A stretch of 64,000 bases of DNA, taken from the NCBI GenBank assembly GCA_021432655.1, contig MU271191.1, positions 62,001-126,000 of the forward strand, read 5' to 3'. The translations under genes were made by a program, and so were the position numbers. Source of the DNA: Atractiella rhizophila (taxonomy: Eukaryota). This document shows positions 53,101-64,000 of the stretch, in pieces; the stretch's first letter is position 1; each line of letters starts with the position of its first letter. The notes beneath the pieces were generated by a model that saw only the letters and a list, made by a program, of their open reading frames with translations, had not been told where the DNA came from and did not search any database.

Positions 53101-53768
53101 TACGTTGTCAAATTCGGTTCAACAAGCTACTACATCTCAAAACCTTTTGTGAGACTCTACTGCAAAAACAAGTTCCTTTAGCTCGACTAAAGCGAGAAAT
53201 ACGATGCTCGATCAATAAATAAGAGCTTAAACGAAAAGGAGAGACAGGAACCAGCTTATGTTAGCCGCACTGAAGTGTCAGGCCACTTATCAAGCTATTT
53301 GGTCTCAGAACAGAGAATGGATCTCACAGAAGCGCTTCTAAGGCCAAGGGAACTTACCTCAATTCTTACCGCACTTTCCGCTGTGAGGGCAGAGTAAGAT
53401 GATGAGGAATAAGACGAATTTTACATTAACAAGTGAGGCCATTTTTATAGGCCAATGAATGGACAAAGATCAGACAACATCGCGGGAAAACCTGTAATAC
53501 ATGAGTAGATAGAAATATAGAATGATCAAAGAGCATGGGACGGAGAGGAAGGTGAAGGGAATCAAATGAGTCTCACCAAGGAATTGACAGATCTCGCCTT
53601 CCAGCTTCTGGGTAAGGCAAAGATATCATGCAGTTATCTTTCCTTCTGCTCCTGGTCGACCGTACATGCTTGGAGCTGACAGGAGAGGTGTAGAGAGACG
53701 GCTGGGAGTTGTGAAGTAATCAGTGGTCAATGGGACTCCAAGTTAGGCAGGGGCCTTTTCCAGAATAG

Positions 53769-56700
53769 TAGGGCTTTGCACCGTCACCGTCAAGACGGCT
53801 GACGGGTCCGGGGCGGACGGCTTTTGTAGCCACCCGTCCCGTCACCGTCGCAGACTTCCAACTCTCAAGACGGACGGGGAAAACGGACGGCAGAATCCCG
53901 TCCGTCTGCTGTGAGCATCCTTCTGAAGACGGTTCTGACGGGTGAAACGGCTGGAATAGGCTGGAAGCAAGCAGGGCTGGATGGTCAATGAGTGGTCCGC
54001 TTTCCATTCCAAGCATTCCAGACGTTCTATGAGCTCAAGAAGGCTTGCAAGACACATTCTTAGGTTCTACGACGCCATCGCACCCCTGGCCCCAAGCTCA
54101 ACATACAGCTCCCTTGTTCACTTTTGCCAGTTCTCACCCGCACTCCCACCTACGCCCACGTCTTCATATCGTCTTCCGCTGCAATCACCACGATTCACGT
54201 TGGTTCATGCTTGTCAGAGCAGCGACTGTTAGATGTTTTCAATAGTTTACAAGGTGTGTCCCTTGGTTCTTTGATGGCCTGGAGGTTTGTTGTGAGCGCT
54301 GCCACCACACATTCACCTTTGGAGCAAGCTCTCAGACATTTGAGTGAGGCGGAGCTTGTCCTGTATAAAAAGCAGGCCGCCTGTTGAAAGCTTTCCAATC
54401 AGCAAAATGGCAGAGAATAGTCCCCATATTCGTAAAAGCACTCGTGCTAGGAAATCTGTTGACTTGTCCGCTAGGAACAACGAAAATGGGACAGCCTTAT
54501 CGCAGCAAAATCAGAAGATTGCCGTGCATACAAGGTATGTCTGTTTTCAAGCACCAATTTAATATTTTCAACTAACAGATATATAAGGCTTTTGAGGGAT
54601 GCAAAGAGAAATGGATACTCCGCTACGAAGTATCTCTTGTCTGAAGGAGACAACCTTGGCAAGAGCTTGTTGGATTTTACCGTATGTTTGTTGTGATATG
54701 TATACGAGTCACTGATGTCCAGCTCAGGATGACAATGCCACCGTACCGATTGTCTCTCGGCTCCTCCTCAATATTGTTACAAAAACGACCGCGGACGACA
54801 ACCAGCCTCTAGATGATGATGATGAATTTGTCCAGTTCGGCAAGAAAAGCAAGGAGTTCACGATGGATGACATCGGTGGCTCCGCTGGAATCAGAATCTT
54901 CAACAAGCTCTGGTCTTCAGTATGGAACCAACTGGGACACTTTCCAGTCATCTCTGAGCAGCGTCTATGCCATCTGCTCACGGTTGGAGCAACTCTCACG
55001 CAAGTGCTCATTCAGGCCGGGCAGCTTGATGATCCCCTGCAAGATGCCCAAGATTTGGACTACCTTCCTTCCGAACTGGAGGAGAGGCTGAGCGTTGAGC
55101 CGGAGGAGATTAGCGATGAAGGAGAGAGGGAGATGAATGTCGCTACTGCTGATGTGTTAAAGGAGATGGAAGGGGGATGACAGGAAGGGAAAGACAAGGA
55201 GTCAGAGAAAGAGGGAGAAGGGATGGGAGAAGAGAAAGAAGCAAAAGGGGGTGACTGCTGAAGCAGTAGAGGTGAACAGTCCTTCTATTGTCTCATCGAT
55301 CTTTGACTGAGAGAATCTGGTGATAGGTGTGTCCAGATCATGAACATTCGTCTATCGACGAAGAGTCGAATGTGGATGGGAAACGGAAGGTGTGCTATCT
55401 TTTCTTTCTCTGCTGGCAACTAAGCACTGAGGCTATGTCAAGGCACACAGAGAGCCGCAGTCGCAACTCGAGGGAAAGCGACTATCAAATTTTGTTATGA
55501 GGAGATCCAAAATCACTCGCAGCTTTCAAAGAAGAGTCTCTTGCTCAGCTTCGGTGACTCTGCGAAGCTTCAGCCTGGCAACCGCGTCTTCGAGTGTCAC
55601 AAATGCAAGCGGCTTCTTCGTCAAACTCCTGCACAAAAGCACAATTATGATGGTCTCATCAGGCACTGGTCCAGTCACGGTTCGGCTTATCAGGTGTGTT
55701 TCATACACCTTAGCAAGGTTAAGCCTGGTGACCACTTCAACGAGCATGATTTATCATTTGCGAAGGGGAATATGGCTCCGGGAGAGTATAACCGGGAGAG
55801 GAGAGTCAAGAGTCCTGTTCCTGCGTGGGCACAACCGAGGAATGTCGGGTCAAAGATGACTCGCAACAGTAATGAAGTATTGGACTTGCGTTCACAAGTG
55901 TTTTGAAGAAGTGCTGATTTCTGTTGTGGAAATAGCCGGTTGACCCAGAACGACTGAGTACCTTTTCTCTCGCTGGACCGCATCCTCTGCCCAACCCTTC
56001 ACTGAAGTCGACTGTCATGAACTCCGTGATTTGCTCACATATCTTCATGGGACTCCTCTGTCAATTCCGAGCTCTTCGACCATCCGAAGAACTACGTTCG
56101 ACTGTGCAGAGAACCTCTTAACAAATCTTTCGCTTTTTTTCAAGGTAACTTCTTCATATTTCTAGACACTCAGTCCTAAGAACCGAACACTAGTATCATA
56201 TCAGTGACTGTGAGGTTGCCCTGTCTCTTGACAACTGGACATCAGGTAACCTTATCGCTTTTCATGCGGTCTGCGCGCACTTCGTCAATAAGCAAGGGAA
56301 CCTTGTCAACGCTCTGCTCGATTTTGTAGAGCTCAAGGGGAAGCATGGAGGAGAAAGGATGGCGAAGGTGGTTTATGCGGTCTTAAAGAAGCATGGATTG
56401 TTAGGGAAGGTACACTTTCCTCTCATTCCTGTTCTGGCCGTACATCAATGAGTTTTGTGATAGATCTCTATCATAATGTCGGATAACACCACTTCAAATG
56501 ATACGATGATGACAGAGCTTGAAGACCTTTTCAAGCATGATGGGTACAACTTTCCTGCGATCGAACGGCGAGGCAGATGTCTTCCGCACATCGTCCATCT
56601 AGCTGCATTGTCACTGTTGAATGCAATTGGTGCATGGCCTGTGACAACGAAAGCTGGCAACAAAGTCGCTTCCAGAAATGCTCAGGATGCTCCACTAAAC

Positions 56701-58683
56701 AACGGTCCACTTCCTCTCATCCCTCTCAATAACGATGAACCCCCTTCACTTGCTCCTATTGATGACGATGACCAATCCGCATTGCCTTACCGGGACCAGC
56801 TCCCGATGCTGCTTAATGCTGATAGCGGCGTGTTTGTTGAAGAAGAGATTGGATTGGATGGTGGGATGGATGGAACGACGTTGACAGATGACTTAATGGC
56901 AGATATGAATGCTGATGTGGGTACGGCTATCCAACGTGTAAGTTTTGCTAGCTCTGTCTCCTTTTGAAACCACCCAATAGATTGATTTACAGCTCCGAGC
57001 AATCGTCAAATGTGCTCGTTCATCTCCACAGAAGAAGGAGATGTGGTTTAAGCTGCTCGGCCCAACCCTGGTCAATAGGCAAGAGTCTGAAAAGGTCCTC
57101 ATCCTCGACGTTCCAACACGTTGGTCCTCAACCTGCAGCATGCTGCGGCGTGCGCTTCTGTTTCATTCGGCTGTCAATGACTTTGCTCGCCATTACTCTG
57201 AGGATTTGAAAGGTGTGCGGTTGAGTGATGAAGACTGGAATACCATTGAACTAGTGGTCTCATGGTTGGAGGAGTTTGCGGAAGTCACTGTCCTCATGTC
57301 CTCCACTTCCGATGTCACCATTAGCAGTGTCATCCCGCTTTACCTGGGCTTATTCGAAAAACTGGAAATGACTATTGCCACTTTGCCTCTCCACACTCCA
57401 GAAAAGGCAAAGAATGGGCTCATCAAGGCTCATCAAAAGCTGGCTAAGTATTACAACAAATCCGACTCGTTGTATATTCTGGATGAGCGATAAGATGATT
57501 CTCCACTGCCCATAAAAAAGCTGAAGTGGGTTTCGATATCGCGTAGCTGACGACAGGAAATGCTTCTCCATGAGAAAACAGAAGCGGCGCGCAAGATTGG
57601 GCTGGATCCTCGATCACTGGTTTGGTCATTTCTTCGTTGCTTTCAGGGTTAGCCCATCCAGCTGTTCCGACGTTTTGGTTCAGTAGCTTGTTAAGGTTCT
57701 CCCTTCGTAAAGCAACTCTAGATCTGCGACTCCGCAACAGAGGGTAACTACTGTAGCATGTTAAGCATCTGCTTCTTGCTGTAGTCCCATCGTATCCAGT
57801 GTGCTCGACATTTCTCCGTCATTATATTGCAATTGGAAAGTGACGTTGCATCGTGGAGGTGTGTTATATGTTCTCTGAGAAGGACATGTCTACTACACAC
57901 ATTGGGAAGAGCGCGTCGTCAGGATTCCTTTGGTCTTTTGGAGAGTACAAGGCAGAAACTGAATGAGCGGATTGGATGCAAAGGCACAATGGAAATGTCG
58001 GTGACACCATCGCATATCCTTGACCACTACTGGAAGTACATCTGCAAACTGCAAGATCCTGATGATGGAGAACCTGACCTTAGCAGCTTGGATCCTCTCC
58101 AGTGGTGGCAAGCACAGGCAGCAGGTGGCAGGTTCCAAGCTCTGGCACCTTTAGCACGGAGTGTGCTTTGCATTCCTGCTGAGTCTTTTGTTTGTACATT
58201 TGAGATACATTGACATTGTTACTTCAGCCTCTGCAGTAGCTGTTGAGCGAGTGTTCTCCTCAGGCAGAGATGTAATCTCGCTACATGTAATCTCGCTACG
58301 TCGTGCTTCTTTGAAGGCTGAAACCATCCAAAAGCTAATGATGCTACACTCTTGGTGGATGCTAGACAGGAAAAATAATGGGAGTTTGTCTTGGCTGTTT
58401 GAATCATTCAAGCCGTCTGATGGTTCAAAAGATGTAATTGTTAACATTGACAGTGACTAGTATTTCATGTTTGGAAAGCTTTTGCAGTCCGCTGGCTCGT
58501 GCAGTGTAGTACCATTTAGACCGTCCGTCCTGTCCGTCGACTGCCTATCTTCAACCGTCTCCTGCTCCGTTACCGTTAGAGGAAGCTGAATTTCGAAGAC
58601 AGTGCGGGTGACGGTGCGGGTTGACCCGTCCCGTCACCCGTCTCAGTGGCAAAAATCGACGGACGGGACGGTGCAAAGCCCTA
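53769..58683 (+). mobile_element. hAT DNA transposon, family B (4.9 kb, defective transposase)
   Basis: Perfect 17-bp TIR TAGGGCTTTGCACCGTC and perfect TSD CAGAATAG (53761-53768 and 58684-58691). BED finger FECHKC...LIRHW..H, LSLDNWTS, SDNTTSN, CLPHIVHL, TRWSST, DPLQWW, AVERVFSSG. Confidence 0.97.
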
Positions 58684-58691
58684 CAGAATAG

Positions 58692-59206
58692 GAAGGTGTT
58701 GCCCCATTTGACTGTGTTGACCATGGTATCTCACACCTTTCACCAACTTTCACACGTATCCCATCGGTCGCAGCACGAAATGTTTCTATGCATACTGCCT
58801 CCGCCTAAAGAAGCCTGTACTTTTGAAGAATATCTGGAGGAAGATGGAGTGTAAAAAGAAGGAGACATGCTTCGTAAATTAAAATGTTGCAAAAGTCCCC
58901 CATGTTCCTGCCATTCTTGACAAGTGCGATATCGAGGGGTGACCTCCAGAAGATTGAAGGGCCTTATCGCCAAACGACGCAATATTGCGTTCAGGTAACT
59001 GACAAGATCGGACGCCGTCTGTGATCCTTCATGTCTACCTGGGAAATGGTCAACGTGGTCTGTGACGCTGTTCGTAGTTCGTGGTATGTTTCTGTCGCGT
59101 TTTTGCCGTTTGTCTGACCAGAACACAGCTCATGAAGCTATATGGGAGAGGACGAACATCTTACACCGCGATGTTTCCTCAGGCTACAACATGCCGTTAG
59201 GTATAA
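58692..59206 (+). pseudogene. FunK1 kinase catalytic segment, truncated by Helitron H3
   Basis: IGRSTKCFYAY......VLLKNIWR....EGDMLRKL, DKIGRRL.SF.ST.EMV....DA, AHEAIW...ILHRDVSSG (catalytic loop). Confidence 0.8.
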
Positions 59207-62200
59207 CAAGTGTGTCAGTGCCCTCGTCCCTCGGGCATCCCCCCCCGCCAGGGGCTTCGCCCCTTGGACCCCAGCCTCCGGCAGCCACTGCGTGGAGCTC
59301 TTGCTTCTGGCAGCCACTGCGTGGGGCCTCGCCTTCGGCGAGCACTGACTCACCATATGCACATGGGTTTTGGTACGAATATATGATTCATTGTAGGTCT
59401 ACATGCATCTGATTGTGAAAATTCAAAACTTCTCTGTACACTATATTTTCTGTCCTCTTATTCTCTATCCCTTGCACTTGGTGTAAATAAACTCGAAGAT
59501 TCTTTGCATTCGAAACCCTAGAAAGTCCTACATAAAGTTGTCCATGTGTAAAAACTGGTGTGTCCAAATACAATCCAACAGTTCCCACCAACTGTCCCTG
59601 TGACTTGTTGATGGTGAGGCAGAAAGCCAACTTGATGGGGAATTGAAACCGGCGTAAGGTGAAAGGAAATGAATTGGAGACCTTGCTATCCAAAGCAATA
59701 CGTGGGATGAGGACTGAGGTACCGGCAAATGCTCCTGTGATGATTGTAGCCTCAATAACGCGAGAAAGCAGCTGGGTGACCATCAACCATGTACCGTTAC
59801 AGAGCCCAGCTGAAGGATTGAGGTTTCGTAACAGGATGACAGGGGCTCCAACTTTGAGATGAAGCCGATGGAGAGGAAGTCCCGTCATGTTGAGAGTGTT
59901 GAGGCACTCAACCGTAAATCCTTGTTGAATATTCTCACTGTCGTCCATCAATCGATCGGCACTGAGATAGACTCGCTCCTGCCGGGAGACAAAGTCCTGA
60001 ATAAGCTGATCATTTATCAGGTCAACATCAATATTTCTGGCTGTAAGGACCATGCGCTCCTGAAAGTATTGCCTGAGCTCAACTGAGTTCACTTCTTGTG
60101 TTATAGTGCTGAGTCCAGGATAGATATCATTTAAAAGACCCTCCAGGCCACGGGATCATGGGACTATTGTTTGATCTTTCATGGTCAATGGACCATGGCC
60201 ACAGTCTTCTGGGTTGTCGGTTGCACCATTCCCAACTGACAGCAACCATTCAGCAAAGCGAGAGGCAGTCGTAAAGTCCCGCCGTGTCATTTCAGCTTGA
60301 TGACGAAGAAGGCGCATATTCACGGTCAGAGGGAGGACTTGAACTGCTGGCCAGAAAGGACTGTTGATAACGCATGCACTGACAATCTGTGCCCGTGAAG
60401 CTTTGGGAATCACTGATAGGCATTGTCGCATATCACCTGAAAATTATTAGAGCTGAACTCTTTAACTTGATTCACTCACCGCCTAGGACCAAAATAACTC
60501 CACCAAAAAGGTGCATCTATTTTGCGCATGTCTCTAAGCATCCGGTCAACTGCTTCAAAGCACCATCGATGGCTCATTCCTACTTCATCCCAAATTATCA
60601 ATTCTGCCTCACGGCAAAGTCGTCCATGATCACTCTGAGCAGTAATACTACAGACTGAGTCGGCATCAATGTCCAGTGGGATCCGGAAGCGTGTATGGGC
60701 CGTTCGTCCTCCTTCCAGCAGGATAGCGGCAATACCTGAAGAGGCCACTGCTAGTGCAATCTTCCTAGATGACCGAACCTTGGCAAGGAGTAAATTTTCC
60801 ACAAATGTCTTTCCGGTCCCTCCTGGTCCATCGATAAAGAACAATCCACCATTTCCACCTTGCCATGCTGCTACACATCGTGTCATAAGCATGACGTTGA
60901 TCTTCGTTTAATAATGGCAACTCTGTCTCAAGGCGTGTCTGAAGTAATGATCGATCATATGCAAGCTCTTCACCAATAATCCTTGTCTCCCCTCCCCATC
61001 TCTCAAACCGCTCTGCTGGTTGTGGTAGTCCAAAATCCGTTAGAGTTTTACCGTACGCCTGGAGAAGATCTTCAATTTCAAGGAGACAAAGACTGATAAT
61101 CTGCTCCTGTGTCGGATCGGCTGTGCCATACTTTGTTTGTAGAAGGTGTTTACAATCATCGCTGAGCTGCCCATTATGGCCATCCCATAGTCTTCTAGGT
61201 TCACTGGCAACACCAAATAATAGAATATAGACGAAAGAGAGACCGCATCGCAAAGCCATTCTTAACTGCACTGGCTTCATCAAGGCAGAAATCCCATTCT
61301 TGATCACTTTCTAACAACCCAAGAGCCATACATGCAGCCTTAAAAGTCTCGTGGATGGTTCCATCTACTGTCCGGATATCTTCAAAAGATTTTGGGCTGA
61401 CAACTTTATGGAGGAGCATTCGGAGATAGAATAGTTCCCCTTGTGAAGGTGCAACGTGATATATGCGTCCAATGGCTTCTTGGCGCTCCCGAATTTTCCA
61501 AGAGCGTGTGGCTGACTTCCAAGTAAGGAATTGGGGGGCTCTTGGATAGGTAAGGTCTTCAGTAATGTTGGGTTTTTCCCCTACAGTAGGTGAAGAACTC
61601 AGTCAACGTCGTTTTGGTGACATTATTCCTGTTGAGAATGTCTCCCAGTGACTCATCCTGGGGATTAAAGGTCACAAAAATGCCTATCAGGAAGGTGTAT
61701 TGCCAGGCGGATAACCACAGGGAAGTGCTGGTGTAGTGGGAAGTGGAAGATCCGGTAACAGGCTAGAAAGATATATCAGATTACCCATAATATCATGTTA
61801 AGCATTACCTTCAGAAGATCCGATAAATCTGGCATCCAAGTACTCTTGAATCTCATCCAGAACCCTCACACCTTCACCTCTTGCATGATGAAGTACAGCT
61901 TGTGCCCGATCATTTCCTTTGTAGACATATTTGAAGAGGTATTTGACTGATTTAATGGAGATGCAAAGCTCCACATTGATGTGAGCTACAAACCTCAGAA
62001 GGACATAAGCGCTGAATGGTACGACCCAGCGATTGTCGTAAATAAATCCGTTCGGTGTCTTCTGAAATGTGCGTCCATTGTTACGTCGCCGGTAGGTGGG
62101 ATAACCATCTTCGTTGATGCCTGTTTCTTCTGCAAAGGGCTTTGGAAACCCTTTGCCACAGATTTTTCTCCCAGGGTTCTTAGGATCATCTATCATGCAT

Positions 62201-64000
62201 GGAGCATCTGGGTTGATATCTCCGCAGGGTCCATGGAGCATGTGATTGCAGACAGTGTCAAATAACTCAGGATCGGTGTCCTTGTCAGGCAATTCAGCAG
62301 ATACTATGCGGTCGATAGCCTCAACATCCCGGATGGCGTCTTCGGCATTGAGAATGATGAGGATGTGAGCGTGAGGCAGACCACATTTCTGAAATTCGAT
62401 CACCCAGACAAAGCCAACTGTCCGTCCAAAGATTGAGTTATCTTTGATGTCCTGCATATAGGCCTTCACCTTCACATTGAAAACCCTAGAGACCAAGTCT
62501 GGCCTATCTGCAGCTGTTTGTCCAGGAAGCAGGGCTTCTGTGATTTCGGGCCATCGAGGATTGCAGGTAAATGTTGTAAAGATAGCGGGAGAACCTCTGT
62601 TTCCAACAATCGCCATCGCATCCTGAAATTGTTGATTCATTTGACGTGGGCTTCCAGTATGTGTGGATGGTAAAATGGTCCGCTTCCCAACATCTGCTGC
62701 ATCTCGGCCATCTTCTAAGGCATCACCAAGTCCAGCATAGGATTCAGTTCGGAGAAGATCTTGATTGAACCGAAGAAACTTCAATCTTCCACTCTCTATT
62801 TGGGCGTAAGCATCGCAAACCAATTCTTGAAATAGTCGACCACCATGGTGAATGAGAGAGAAAGTATTCTTCTTGGGTGAAAAAGATAGGAGTAATAGTC
62901 CATCTGCTTAACATGGACTCGTTCTCCCATGTTTCCAACTATTTGTCCGTCATTATTTCGATGTTCTTCCCGTGGACCACGTTGAAGCAGATCACCATGA
63001 CGGAGGGGAATGTACGTGTGCCAACCTTGCTCGCCATATATGGAAATAAAAGTGGAAATCGCAGTGGGAGATAATTGGCATTTTGATCACTGACTTTTTC
63101 ATAAAAGTTCTGACCATCAGGCCGTCGGAGTTTGACCACAATATCTCTTGTAACACCTGCGGTGGCTCCAGATTCTCTCCAATGAGAAGCACTGCAATTT
63201 CTCCTATGCCATGACCTGTTGGCCTATTATATCGACGGGGATTGAGATCTGTAGGATTAATAGTTCGAATGTGGAGTTGTAATGCTGGGTCATCTGCCAT
63301 ACGCTCCCTTGCAGTTTTATAGATTTCCGGCCATGGATTAACTCGCCACATCATGTCTTGCAACTTTCTCAATGTCACTTCCTTAAGTTTGTTCCCTCTA
63401 ATGGTCCCTATTCTTTAACGAATCTGCTCTTCAGAATCCAGCATATATATCTGTGCAAACTTTTCTTCGCCATCAGATTCCGGAAGCAAAGCACCGATGC
63501 GATGGCAAAGCTCCCCTTGAATCCGGAAAGTGTAAACTCCATGCCCAGGGATAGGTGGACGCTTGACTCTGAGAGAAGTAAAGGAAAGAGCATTATTGTA
63601 GGAGCGGATATTCTCACGAAACTGTCTTGATTCATGCGTATCTGGATTGGTGAACAGCTGAAACAACTCTGGTGGAGGATTTTCATAAGCAGGAAGAACA
63701 ATCTTTCCATGGGAGCAGCAGTTCGTAAATTTCGGATTACGCTTAGAGCTCTTGACTATTCGCTCCTCAAGCCAACGGAAGGCACTGCATTCTGAGCAGA
63801 AGACTACGCTCCAGCCAGAAAGCCGCACGGCTTCCACGGTTCCCGAAGAGTAGTTAAATGCGATGAAAGGATGCCGATCATGCCTTTCATCTCTTGGGGG
63901 CACCATCCTTGGGTCAGGAACATCATTGTTCCCAAATCCTCCATCAGAGGATCCTTCAGTGATGTCTCCATCTAAAGGCTGAGGGTCTGGCTGCCGATGT
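59207..64000 (-). mobile_element. Helitron H3, RepHel pseudogene extending beyond the window
   Basis: N-terminal C..C/CC..G zinc motif and IRSYNNALSFTS; HUH Rep TFTCNPRWPEI, EFQKCGLPHAHIL, KYLFKYVYKG; full set of Pif1 motifs. Terminal hairpin TGCCC..GGGCA then CTTG|T at 59207. Several frameshifts. Confidence 0.97.

Overview
Eukaryotic, intron-containing DNA, almost certainly a fungal (basidiomycete-type) repeat-rich, heterochromatin-like block. I could not identify any intact host gene. The window is a nested transposon graveyard: three near-full-length hAT elements in two families, with TIRs and, for two of them, 8-bp TSDs; a 649-bp MITE derived from hAT family B; three Rep/Pif1 Helitron copies plus a fourth orphan Helitron 3' end; a 5'-truncated Ty1/Copia; a DIRS/Ngaro-type tyrosine-recombinase retroelement plus a second YR remnant; Tad1-like LINE pieces; Tc1/IS630-like and CACTA transposase remnants. 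Host-derived pseudogenes sit at the Helitron 3' ends. An intron-containing Rpn8 copy starts directly after one end. A putative TET/JBP-like 2OG-Fe(II) dioxygenase lies downstream of a second. A fungal-type kinase (FunK1) is cut by two hATs and the third Helitron. All four Helitron ends carry a conserved multi-hairpin cassette ending CTTG or CTGG. Conserved motifs across the elements show CpG-to-TpG decay. All family calls come from motif recognition by eye; no searches were run.
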